DNA of 64,000 bases from Candidatus Poribacteria bacterium (GCA_965205015.1 OZ242029.1:5152001-5216000); one strand, 5' to 3'. Shown: positions 1 to 9,661, counted from the stretch's first letter. Notes: generated by a model from the sequence alone, not told the origin. Program-made: numbers and translations.

Positions 1-10
1 GACGTGCAGG

Positions 11-2657
11 CTTGAAAAGATAAGACTCTCGATTACGAGATTGAAACTCAGTATCCCCAACCGTGTCTTTGAAGTCCGACATAGACTTGAAAAGATAAGA
101 CTCTCGATTACGAGATTGAAACTTGCATCAAAGCGAGGCGTATATATTCCCTCGACATCATCCTTGAAAAGATAAGACTCTCGATTACGAGATTGAAACA
201 ACGCTATATCCACGCGGGTCGCGGTTTCTCTTACGTAATGCTTGAAAAGATAAGACTCTCGATTACGAGATTGAAACTCTGGTCTATTGTGCTGGTAACC
301 TGTGCTCTCATTTTCTTGAAAAGATAAGACTCTCGATTACGAGATTGAAACTGGTTGCCTTGCCATGTCAATCTCCTCCCAATCGCTTGCTTGAAAAGAT
401 AAGACTCTCGATTACGAGATTGAAACCCGCTGGGGTCGGTCTATCACGACAACGAAACCGGCTACCTTGAAAAGATAAGACTCTCGATTACGAGATTGAA
501 ACCCCGTCCTTTATCATCTTCAGGAAGGTGTGGTTAGTGTCTGCTTGAAAAGATAAGACTCTCGATTACGAGATTGAAACGGTACCACGTCTCACTTCAA
601 AGACAAAGAGGGGATGCTTGAAAAGATAAGACTCTCGATTACGAGATTGAAACTACAACTACTATTTTTTCTTGGCAAAAAGCATAAAAAACTTGAAAAG
701 ATAAGACTCTCGATTACGAGATTGAAACCGCTGTTACGAGAATCCCCATGTATTCGCCGCTTACCCTTGAAAAGATAAGACTCTCGATTACGAGATTGAA
801 ACTCTATTTCTGTGAGTGTGGGCGTTACCGCTTGCGTGGGCCTTGAAAAGATAAGACTCTCGATTACGAGATTGAAACTCGTCCCCTTTTCGCCGGTGGT
901 GTATACCCATAGCATTCAACTTGAAAAGATAAGACTCTCGATTACGAGATTGAAACTGATGAAAAGTATCACGAGATTTGCAACGAGTTAGCAAGCTTGA
1001 AAAGATAAGACTCTCGATTACGAGATTGAAACCGTGTGGCAACGCACCGAACACCGCCGTACCGAGCCGCTTGAAAAGATAAGACTCTCGATTACGAGAT
1101 TGAAACAACCATAATGCAGTTGTTTCTATCAAAGAGATCGGCGCTTGAAAAGATAAGACTCTCGATTACGAGATTGAAACTCCGCACACGATGTCAAGGG
1201 CTACCACGCTCGTCAACGCTTGAAAAGATAAGACTCTCGATTACGAGATTGAAACGATATTGAAGCCGAACCGAAGCAGATAAAAGTTTCCTTGAAAAGA
1301 TAAGACTCTCGATTACGAGATTGAAACTGCCTGAAAACGGATGCATATGCTTCGGATCGAACTTCACTTGAAAAGATAAGACTCTCGATTACGAGATTGA
1401 AACAGGCGAGTGACCGTGCCCGTGCTCGTGCGCCCAGTCCTGACTTGAAAAGATAAGACTCTCGATTACGAGATTGAAACTTTCGCTGTCATCGCATTCG
1501 TCACGCTGATAGGTTTCTTCTTGAAAAGATAAGACTCTCGATTACGAGATTGAAACTATGTAAAGACTGATATTCGTATCAATGGCATAGACACCTTGAA
1601 AAGATAAGACTCTCGATTACGAGATTGAAACTCGGAATCGCAGAGAAACATAAGTCGCCTGCCGAGCGCACCTTCCACTTGAAAAGATAAGACTCTCGAT
1701 TACGAGATTGAAACTTGACCGTAATCTTGAACCACACCGGCGTAGGTTGTAACTTGAAAAGATAAGACTCTCGATTACGAGATTGAAACTGTGTAGACGT
1801 GGAAGGACACCGTGAAAGGCGTGTTTCTTGAAAAGATAAGACTCTCGATTACGAGATTGAAACTTCTGATCGGAAATTCAGGGGTCGGGACGTTAACGCT
1901 TGAAAAGATAAGACTCTCGATTACGAGATTGAAACTTCTGTTTCTATTATCCTATCGTTGAGTTCTCGGATGCTTGAAAAGATAAGACTCTCGATTACGA
2001 GATTGAAACTGAATTTGGACAGCAAGCGGGGAGCGCTGTCTACTCACTTGAAAAGATAAGACTCTCGATTACGAGATTGAAACTGCCGATAATAGAATAC
2101 TCGCAGTTATAGCACAGCCAAAACTTGAAAAGATAAGACTCTCGATTACGAGATTGAAACGATGTGGGTCGTGTTCCGCATCTGACGAATATCGCAGGCT
2201 TGAAAAGATAAGACTCTCGATTACGAGATTGAAACATGCCTTCTTCCGTTCATTCAAAATCCGTGCAACAACTTGAAAAGATAAGACTCTCGATTACGAG
2301 ATTGAAACAAGGGGATGTTTGCTTGCACACCTCCAAACAGCGTGCTTGAAAAGATAAGACTCTCGATTACGAGATTGAAACCTGAAGCTCCAATTCTCGT
2401 TTCCCCGTATCCTCGACACTTGAAAAGATAAGACTCTCGATTACGAGATTGAAACTGCTCCATTCCGGGCGTGGACTGCCGTCGCTATATTCTTGAAAAG
2501 ATAAGACTCTCGATTACGAGATTGAAACCGAGCATCTGTCACGCCATACGGATCGCTACTTGTGGCTTGAAAAGATAAGACTCTCGATTACGAGATTGAA
2601 ACGCTGTATGACCCCGATGTGTGAGTCGTCTACGTCTGTGCTGGAAAAGATAAGACT
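11..2657 (+). CRISPR. CRISPR array with repeat CTTGAAAAGATAAGACTCTCGATTACGAGATTGAAAC (37 bp): 35 complete repeats (11..2602) plus a degenerate, truncated 36th (2641..2657). Spacers are 35-46 bp. The array probably continues left of the window.
   Basis: Identical repeats read directly at 11, 86, 163, 241 ... 2492, 2566, separated by unique spacers. Internal hairpin CTCG-ATTA-CGAG is followed by the 8-nt ATTGAAAC handle typical of Cas6-processed class 1 repeats. The last repeat carries a substitution (CTGG), consistent with the trailer end. Confidence 0.99.
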
Positions 2658-2971
2658 GCAGTATCTTTCAAAAGCTTATATCACAACGCTCGAAGCACAT
2701 GGCGTTGAGATTTCGGTCGCACACCGAGGACGCCCTTGGGAGAACGGATATGCTGAGAGACTCATCCGCACGCTCAAGGAGGAAGAAGTTTACCTAAATG
2801 ACTATGAGGACATTCACGAAGTGAGAGTCCGCATTGGGCATTTTATCACACAGGTGTATCATCAGAAACGCCCGCATTCGGCGTTAGGGCATTTGACACC
2901 TATGGAATTCGAGCAACAAAACTTGGACCTAACTTTTCTAAATTGTGGTCTAAATAAATGTTGGCACTTCA
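2658..2971 (+). mobile_element. IS3-family remnant: 3' part of the transposase (integrase core) and probable right end
   Basis: Translation QYLSKAY...GRPWENGYAERLIRTLKEEEVY...YHQKRPHSALGHLTPMEFE is the C-terminal rve/rve_3 region of IS3 transposases. The segment ends in ...GGCACTTCA (IS3 elements end in CA). The 5' part is missing. Confidence 0.85.
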
Positions 2972-3042
2972 AGGATCGGATACTATCTGCGTTGACACAG
3001 CAAAAATTAAGTTTCACGTTTTAGATTTGAGAAAATTTCAAT

Positions 3043-3071
3043 TTGACAGAAAATGTTAAAAAATGTATACT
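3043..3071 (+). promoter_or_regulatory. sigma70-type promoter TTGACA-17-TATACT
   Basis: Near-consensus hexamers with 17-bp spacing in an AT-rich intergenic region. Confidence 0.65.
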
Positions 3072-3102
3072 CTTCAGAACGAAAAAATACTGCCTGAAAA
3101 AA

Positions 3103-3130
3103 TGTAACCTCTTCCGTAAAAGATTCGTCT
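3103..3130 (+). promoter_or_regulatory. Possible ECF sigma promoter TGTAAC-17-CGTCT
   Basis: AAC...CGTC motifs at the spacing typical of ECF promoters. Confidence 0.35.
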
Positions 3131-3441
3131 CTATATAGTTAGAGTAGGACTGCGGAATATACCGTCTCTCTGTTCAATTTGCGTCCGTCCTGAGAGAGAT
3201 GGGGTGAAACTCAACATTTTTCCATGGAGGTCTCGGTATCTATCAGAAGGTCACCAACGATGCGCATGAAGACTTATAGAGAACCAATCTGTCTGCACAC
3301 ACCCACCAATCTGCCTGCACACACCCACAGAAAACGCACATCCGTGCTGATCCGGGCATCCCGTCAGGATGCCGTTAAGCAAGACACGATTACCCCCCCC
3401 CACTCAATTTATGTAAAGTTGTTTTGCGTATTTATCTCATG

Positions 3442-3480
3442 AACTGCGTCCGCAGCGCTGCTGCTGTCGCGGTTTTTTTT
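3442..3480 (+). terminator. Intrinsic terminator-like hairpin within the long leader of the 3623 gene
   Basis: AACTGCG..GCAGC-GCT-GCTGC..CGCGGTT followed by a T run. Confidence 0.45.
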
Positions 3481-3622
3481 CGCGCCCGCCTGCGCTGCGT
3501 TTCCACACGCTTGCCGCGCTGCGGGCTATTTTTGTTAAAGTGTCCCTTATAGCATATAGGGCTACACTACAGAATTCCACAGATTCTTAATAACTTTCAA
3601 AAAAAGGTATCAATTATAGAAG

Positions 3623-5005
3623 ATGAAATCAAAAATATTTAGATTCAGTCTCTTATCAATTTTCTGTGTATACGTTACCGCATCAGTCGCGTTTGCGCAC
3701 ACGTATCCTGACGGTTACCTCTTACGCACTATCGTCAACGACGGCAACACCATCGAGGTCAGAGTCGGGGACAACGCGAAGCTCACGGGACACGAAAATC
3801 CTGACGGTGCAGGTTGGCACCGTCATACGTACACGTACACAATTGTGCTGGATGGGAATACGATAGAGATTACGAACAGTAGAGTAGTAAACGCATCCGA
3901 CACTGAAACTGACGACCCTCCGCCGACAGACAACACTCCTGTCGACCCTCTGCCGACAGACACGAATACTGGCGACCCTCCGCCGACAGACAATAACCCT
4001 CAGATTCGTGATTCTAAGGTGGATCTTTATCACTGCCATAGTGGGGGCTGGCATTATCATAGAGGTGTAGCAAATGAGGAAGGATTTGCTGATAATCACG
4101 ATAATCACCATAATGATCATAGTAAGACTGGATATGAAGTCGATGACCAGATATGCAGGAACACAGAGAAACTCCCAGATGATAACACAGGCGGGACACG
4201 GGATTCCACAACAACATCCCCAACGAATACAGACCAACCCCCGCCGCCCACAACAACTCCAATAGTGGTGGTGGGCGGCGGTCCCCCTGCGGTAGAGGAG
4301 CGTGGCACCCTTGAAGGGACATCCAGTCCGCAACCGGGCGCACCTGTTGCGACAGGCAGCGCGCCCCAAGAAACGCAACCGGAGTCTCCGCTGATGCTAC
4401 CGATACGCGTGACGGAGTATATGGTCAGAGATTGGAGCCGAGGTGTGTGGGGAGGTAATCTTCCACAATGGATAGAACTCCAGAATCCCAACGCCGCGGC
4501 AGTGAATCTGAAAGGCTACACGTTCCAATATGCGACGCGCCGGTTCGCCAACTCCGACTATACAATCCACACACTTACACTCGCCTCAGCAGAAGACGAC
4601 ACGGACGGATTTGTAATCGCAGGCGGGGGTGTCGCGATTCTGGTAACACACCATGTCCCGTCGCGGAAGTTCTCCGGCATTAAAGCCTCACAGGTTTACG
4701 ATTTGGACATAGAAAATGTGCTGAAGCGTGGGTGGGTGCTGACGGATGCCGAGGGCAGAGAGGTTCACCGTATCGGTAAAGATGTCTTCAATGCGTTACG
4801 GAATCCGGTGGCACCGCCGCACCAAGAAGCAGCGCGTGTCTCTTATCATACTTATCCGAGTGAAGCACCGACAGAAGCGTATTACTATGGATATAATAGA
4901 GACATAGGATCTCCTGGCTTTTATGAACCGCTTGTCCCGAAAGCACCGAGTGCCATCAGAGCGAAGCGAGTCGGTACCTGGGCGGCTCTGAAGCGAAGTC
5001 CGTAA
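3623..5005 (+). CDS. Secreted His-rich, Pro/Thr-repeat protein with a lamin-tail (LTD)-like domain and C-terminal GTWAALK motif
   Basis: Signal peptide ending VAFA; His clusters (HCHSGGWHYH, DNHDNHHNDH); DPPPTD-type repeats; IRVTEYM...QWIELQNPNAAAVNLKGYTF matches the LTD pattern. Confidence 0.75.
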   Translation: MKSKIFRFSLLSIFCVYVTASVAFAHTYPDGYLLRTIVNDGNTIEVRVGDNAKLTGHENPDGAGWHRHTYTYTIVLDGNTIEITNSRVVNASDTETDDPPPTDNTPVDPLPTDTNTGDPPPTDNNPQIRDSKVDLYHCHSGGWHYHRGVANEEGFADNHDNHHNDHSKTGYEVDDQICRNTEKLPDDNTGGTRDSTTTSPTNTDQPPPPTTTPIVVVGGGPPAVEERGTLEGTSSPQPGAPVATGSAPQETQPESPLMLPIRVTEYMVRDWSRGVWGGNLPQWIELQNPNAAAVNLKGYTFQYATRRFANSDYTIHTLTLASAEDDTDGFVIAGGGVAILVTHHVPSRKFSGIKASQVYDLDIENVLKRGWVLTDAEGREVHRIGKDVFNALRNPVAPPHQEAARVSYHTYPSEAPTEAYYYGYNRDIGSPGFYEPLVPKAPSAIRAKRVGTWAALKRSP

Positions 5006-5148
5006 AAAAGTCTTAGCATTTACGGCTTGGCTACGAAGATGCAGGAATACGTTTGATGGCAACGAGCGTTTTTAAACATCGTTTTTCTTTTTTTGTTTAA
5101 AACCATGAACCAGCGTGTCTGTTATTTCTCACATAGCCGCCAATTAGG

Positions 5149-5178
5149 AGCACGGAACTTGCGTTTCCGTGCTTTTTT
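5149..5178 (+). terminator. Rho-independent terminator
   Basis: AGCACGGAA-7nt-TTCCGTGCT followed by T5. Confidence 0.7.
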
Positions 5179-5255
5179 GGTTAAGTTTCCCTTCATGAGG
5201 GACTTAACCCACTTTGCTGAAAATTGTAACGCTTTCTTCAACGAGGTATAGATCA

Positions 5256-5522
5256 ATGCTGAGGTATACAGAGACAGATTTTGACTCTATCATTATTGTG
5301 CCCGATCGGCGTGTGCTTGATAGGCAGCTGCAGGACACCCTCAAGCAGATTGAAGGCGATAATTCAGAGAGCAACAAACGGTATAAGTTTGATGAGGTGT
5401 TTGATGCGATTTTACTGGATTTCGTCAATAGTAAGTTGGATCTCTATAAGAAATTATCACAACCCGAGATCAAGGCAGATCTCAAGCGTCACCTCTATCG
5501 GGCGTATCTGGATCAATCCTAA
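5256..5522 (+). pseudogene. hsdR: Internally deleted remnant of type I restriction subunit R (HsdR)
   Basis: FDSIIIVPDRRVLDRQLQDTLKQIE resembles HsdR helicase motif Ia (DRxxLDxQL). It is fused to a short helical tail resembling an HsdR C-terminus. Only ~90 aa versus ~1000 aa expected. Confidence 0.55.
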
Positions 5523-5584
5523 ATATCTGTAGGAGTTCCCTCCTACAGGAGAACTCAGTGCTCTCCTCCCCAATTAACTTTCCC

Positions 5585-5613
5585 TTGACTGTTTTTCCCA
5601 AATGCACTATGAT
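5585..5613 (+). promoter_or_regulatory. sigma70-type promoter for hflK (TTGACT-17-TATGAT)
   Basis: Hexamers and spacing read directly, 35 bp upstream of the ATG. Confidence 0.6.
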
Positions 5614-5648
5614 TGTAAGCGTTTGTTATGGGATATATCTGTACTTAA

Positions 5649-6647
5649 ATGTCAGAAATAAGAAAAGGAGAGATCTTCGTGCAAGATATCCAAGAATTAA
5701 TTACACAGCAACCGTACACACGTCTCATCACACCCAAGCGGATTGTATGGGCAGTTCTCGGTGTGATCGTCTTAGGGTGCTTAGCGACGAGTTTCTATAC
5801 GGTGGAAGCGGACGAGATCGCGGTTGTGCTGATGTTCGGTAAATCCGTCCGACAAGCCGAGCCGGGACTCCATTTCAAGTTACCCCTCGGTATTGAGAGA
5901 GCCATTAACGTGCCTGTCCGAAAGGTTTTCAAAGAGGAATTCGGGTTTCGGACGCTGAGAGCCGGCGTTCGGACGCAGTATGATACCCGTGATTACGCCG
6001 ATGAGTCGTTGCTGCTGACGGGGGACTTGAGTATCGCCGATGTGGAATGGGTCGTTCAGTATAAAATCAAAGACCCGAAGATGTTCCTGTTCTCTGTCCG
6101 GAATCCGCAGCGGGCTTTGCGCGACCTTTCTGAAGCCGTCATGAGCCGGATCGTCGGTGATCGGACTGTCACCGAGGTGTTGACGGTCGGTCGTATTGAA
6201 ATCGCCGCGGAAGTTGAACAACATCTGCAGCAACTGCTGGATCTCTACCAGACGGGATTAGATGTGGCAACGGTAACTTTGCAGGACGTGAATCCGCCAG
6301 AAGCGGTGAAGTCTGCCTTTAACGCCGTTAACGAGGCGAAGCAGGAGAAAGAGCGCTTGATCAACGAGGCGTGGCGCGATTACAACCAATCCGTTCCGAA
6401 AGCCAACGGTGTGGCGGCGCAAAAAATTTCGGAGGCACAGGGTTACGCACTGAAACGGGTGAACGAAGCACAGGGTGATGCGGATCGGTTCAAGGCGATT
6501 CGCTCGGAGTATGAGAAGGCGAAGACGGTTACGCGTCGCCGACTCTATCTCGAGGCGATGCGAGAGGTGTTGCCGCAGGTGAAAGAGATTTATGTCATTG
6601 ACGGTAACGCCAATGCACCTATCCCACTTCTGCAACTCAAAGAATAA
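5649..6647 (+). CDS. hflK: FtsH protease modulator HflK
   Basis: N-terminal TM; SPFH/Band7 domain (PGLHFKLP, LLTGD, LQDVNPPEAVKSAF); C-terminal VTRRRLYLEAMREVL; followed by hflC. Confidence 0.95.
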   Translation: MSEIRKGEIFVQDIQELITQQPYTRLITPKRIVWAVLGVIVLGCLATSFYTVEADEIAVVLMFGKSVRQAEPGLHFKLPLGIERAINVPVRKVFKEEFGFRTLRAGVRTQYDTRDYADESLLLTGDLSIADVEWVVQYKIKDPKMFLFSVRNPQRALRDLSEAVMSRIVGDRTVTEVLTVGRIEIAAEVEQHLQQLLDLYQTGLDVATVTLQDVNPPEAVKSAFNAVNEAKQEKERLINEAWRDYNQSVPKANGVAAQKISEAQGYALKRVNEAQGDADRFKAIRSEYEKAKTVTRRRLYLEAMREVLPQVKEIYVIDGNANAPIPLLQLKE

Positions 6648-6672
6648 GGCGTAGCACTTACGCAATCCCGCC

Positions 6673-6697
6673 GTAGGGGCGGTTTCCTAACCGCACC
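6673..6697. repeat. REP-like GTAG hairpin (GTAGGGGCGG-TTTCCTAA-CCGCACC). Related copies at 10916-10943, 12100-12122 and 56698-56726.
   Basis: Short palindromes with a GTAG/CTAC flank and a GGTT..AACC core recur in intergenic regions. Confidence 0.6.
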
Positions 6698-6713
6698 GAA
6701 TTAGACGCTAAAA

Positions 6714-6803
6714 CGCAGCCTGCAACAACGGAGCAGGCGGCTCGAACACGGAAAGCGTCAATTCATAAATCCCGTTACTTATCCGCAAGGTAAAATTAAA
6801 AAA
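6714..6803 (+). repeat. Start-codon-abutting dispersed element, copy A (upstream of hflC)
   Basis: CGCAGCCTGC-AACAACGGA-GCAGGCGG + 42 nt + CCGCAAGGTAAAATTAAAAAA-ATG. Homologous to copies at 46400, 60301 and 63208. Confidence 0.8.
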
Positions 6804-7766
6804 ATGAAGTCAAAAATAGTTCTCATTCCCTTGATTGTTATTGCAGTTCTGGTGTTGCTGGTTGTGTCGGGTGTATTCTATACTGTCTATGAGGGTGAAC
6901 AGGTCGTAATTACCGAGTTCGGTCGTCCTGTGGGGCAACCGATCATCACTGCTGGGTTAAAAGTAAAAACACCGTTTATTCAGCAGGTGCACCGCTTTGA
7001 AAAGCGTGTGCTTGAATGGGACGGATCCCCTAACCAGATTCCGACAAAGGACAAGCGATTCATCTGGTTGGACACCACGGCGCGGTGGCGTATTAAAGAC
7101 GCGCTTAAGTTCTATCAAGCACTCGGAACGGAACAGTTTGCGCAATCGCGTTTGGATGACATTATCGATTCTGCGGCGCGTGATTTAGTGACAGCGCAAC
7201 TCCTGATTGAAGTCGTGCGGGATTCAAATCGGGTGTTAGCGCTCGATTTGGAAGTCCTTGAAGGAGAGGAGGGACAGACGGGTGAACCGTTGGAAGAGAT
7301 TCAGATTGGTAGGGAACAGATTACGCGCATGATCCTGGAGAAGGTGCAAGAGACCGTTCCGCAATTCGGCATTGAACTCGTCGATGTTCAGATAAAACGA
7401 ATTAACTATGTAGACGAGGTCCGCAAGAAAGTCTTTGACCAAATGATTTCGGAACGTCAACGGATCTCTGAGAAATACAAATCCGAGGGTGAAGGCGAAG
7501 CCGCTGACATCATGGGGCAGAAGCAGAAAGAGTTAGAACGGATCCAATCTGAGGCGTATAAGGAAGCCGAGCAGATAAAAGGCGACGCAGACGCGCAAGC
7601 CATCCAGATTTATGCCGAAGCACACGGTCAGGATCCGGAGTTTTTCGCTTTTATCCAAACGCTTGAAACCTATCGTCAGACGACCAACGAGAGCACGAAA
7701 CTCATCTTGACGACGGATAGCGACCTCTATCGGTATCTCAAAAGCAGCGAATCGCTTCGACGTTAA
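6804..7766 (+). CDS. hflC: FtsH protease modulator HflC
   Basis: TM + SPFH domain; FEKRVLEWDG, DVQIKRI, MISERQRI, DPEFFAFIQTLETY. Confidence 0.95.
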   Translation: MKSKIVLIPLIVIAVLVLLVVSGVFYTVYEGEQVVITEFGRPVGQPIITAGLKVKTPFIQQVHRFEKRVLEWDGSPNQIPTKDKRFIWLDTTARWRIKDALKFYQALGTEQFAQSRLDDIIDSAARDLVTAQLLIEVVRDSNRVLALDLEVLEGEEGQTGEPLEEIQIGREQITRMILEKVQETVPQFGIELVDVQIKRINYVDEVRKKVFDQMISERQRISEKYKSEGEGEAADIMGQKQKELERIQSEAYKEAEQIKGDADAQAIQIYAEAHGQDPEFFAFIQTLETYRQTTNESTKLILTTDSDLYRYLKSSESLRR

Positions 7767-7771
7767 GCCTC

Positions 7772-9661
7772 GTGAACCGTCAACTCTCGCCTCTCAGTTT
7801 GAAAGCGGTTTGCATCGGGCTCCTGCTAATTCCAGCGAATGCGATGTGGCAGATGATGGGGCTGCGGTGGGACATCGCGCACATGTCGATGATCTCGCTG
7901 CTCTATAACACGATTACATTGCTGTTCGTGCTGACGATTGTGAACCGCTTCACGAGAAAATATTCGCCGCATCTCTCGCTTTCCACTGCCGAACTCCTGA
8001 CGATCTATGTCATGTTGTGCCTTTCGACCGCTATCGGGGGGCACATGTGCGTGCAGATTCTCCTCCCGATTATTAGTTACGCCTTCGCTTATGCCACACC
8101 GGAGAACGATTGGCAGTCCCTGTTTTGGCACTATGTCCCCTCATGGACCTCGGTCACCGATAAACGCGGACTCGCCAATTTTTTCGATGGGGGTTCCACG
8201 TTCTATCCGCACTTCGAGGCGTGGCGCACCCCTTTGTTGTGGTGGGGACTCTTTCTCGCAGCACTCTTTTCGGTGATGCTCAGTATCAACTTCATCTTCC
8301 GAAGGCAGTGGACGGAAAATGAGAAGTTGAGTTATCCGCTAATCCAATTGCCACTGGCGATGGCGAATCCGAGGAGCGGGTTCTTCCGTAGCAAGGCGAT
8401 GTGGATCGGGTTCGCTGTTGCGGCGGGTATCGATCTCCTCAACGGGATCAATTACCTGTTCCCGCAAGTGCCGCGACTCAGTGGGATCCGTGCGTATGAC
8501 ATCGCCGATTTCTTCACCGTCCGTCCATGGAACGCCATTACGTGGTTCCCGATTGGCATTTATCCATTTGCCGTTGGATTGGCGTTCTTCATGCCGTTGG
8601 AGCTGTCCTTTTCCTGTTGGTTCTTTTATCTGTATTGGCAGGCGTTCCGTGTGTTAGGAAGTGCCGTCGGTCTGTCGGCACCCTTCCCGTATGCGGCGGA
8701 GCAATCTTTTGGGGCATATCTCGGTATCGGTTTGGTGGCGGTGTGGAGCGCGCGCCGCTACTTAACCCAAGTGCTTCGAAGATTATTTGGTATGCAGTCT
8801 TCGTTTAAAGATCAGGACGAACCGATCTCTTACCGTGCGGCGGTGGTATGGATGCTGTTGAGCATGGTGTTCCTGGTTGGGTTCTGTTACAAACTCGGGA
8901 TGTCGTTGTGGGTCATCGCGACTTTCTTTGGACTCTTCTTCGGGTTGGCGACGGGGATTACACGGATGCGCGCCGAACTCGGTTCACCGGTTCACGACCA
9001 GCATTATGCGGGTCCCGATAGGATGATGTATTCAGTCTTCGGTGCGAAACGGCTCGGTGCGAGTAATCTGACGGGGTTGGCGTATCTCTACTTTTTCAAT
9101 CGTGCCTACGATTGCCTGTTGATGCCGCATCATCTGGAGGGTTTGAAGATAGCCGAGCGCGCTGACATCGAAAACAAGACCTTCGCGAAGGCGGTGATTG
9201 TTGCGATCGGTGTCAGCATCGTCGCGACGATCTGGGCATATCTGCATGTCTCGTATCAGGACGGGGTCTATACGGCGTGGGCTGGCAGAGAGACGTTCAG
9301 TCGGCTCGGTAGGCGGCTCGTCCAACCTGCGGGTCCCGATACTGCAGTGCTGAGTGCAGTGAGTGTTGGGACAGTAATGGCGATTCTCTTGGCTTTTCTA
9401 CGGGGACGGTGGATGTGGATGCCGTTCCATCCGGCGGGTTATGCCGTCACCAGCACCTTCACGATGAATTTCTTCTGGTTCTCGCTCCTTGTGAGTTTCA
9501 TTCTGAAATGGATTATTACCAAACACGGTGGCATCGGTGGTTTTCGGAGGGCGGCACCCTTTTTCCTCGGTCTCGTGTTGGGTGAGTTCGTCGTGACGAC
9601 CTTCTGGGGCACGGTGGCGATTCTGTTTCGGGTGGAGACCTACATTACGATTAATTTGTGA
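7772..9661 (+). CDS. Multi-pass membrane protein, DUF6785/DUF6784-like (putative transporter)
   Basis: Many hydrophobic helices. Motifs RRQWTENEKLSYP, RMRAELG, PFHPAGYA and FFLGLVLGE are shared with the paralog at 40963. Confidence 0.75.
   Translation: MNRQLSPLSLKAVCIGLLLIPANAMWQMMGLRWDIAHMSMISLLYNTITLLFVLTIVNRFTRKYSPHLSLSTAELLTIYVMLCLSTAIGGHMCVQILLPIISYAFAYATPENDWQSLFWHYVPSWTSVTDKRGLANFFDGGSTFYPHFEAWRTPLLWWGLFLAALFSVMLSINFIFRRQWTENEKLSYPLIQLPLAMANPRSGFFRSKAMWIGFAVAAGIDLLNGINYLFPQVPRLSGIRAYDIADFFTVRPWNAITWFPIGIYPFAVGLAFFMPLELSFSCWFFYLYWQAFRVLGSAVGLSAPFPYAAEQSFGAYLGIGLVAVWSARRYLTQVLRRLFGMQSSFKDQDEPISYRAAVVWMLLSMVFLVGFCYKLGMSLWVIATFFGLFFGLATGITRMRAELGSPVHDQHYAGPDRMMYSVFGAKRLGASNLTGLAYLYFFNRAYDCLLMPHHLEGLKIAERADIENKTFAKAVIVAIGVSIVATIWAYLHVSYQDGVYTAWAGRETFSRLGRRLVQPAGPDTAVLSAVSVGTVMAILLAFLRGRWMWMPFHPAGYAVTSTFTMNFFWFSLLVSFILKWIITKHGGIGGFRRAAPFFLGLVLGEFVVTTFWGTVAILFRVETYITINL

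Noticed and set aside
592-2463. ORFs on the minus strand of the CRISPR array (FQSRNRESYLFK / FNLVIESLIFS repeats)
   Set aside because: These are translations of the CRISPR repeats, not genes.
2560-3024. 154-aa ORF as an intact gene
   Set aside because: It is a chimera of CRISPR repeat/spacer sequence and an IS3 fragment, with no credible start.
2972-3200. AT-rich region as the CRISPR leader
   Set aside because: Repeat orientation (ATTGAAAC 3' end) and the degenerate last repeat place the leader left of the window. The promoters here point away from the array.
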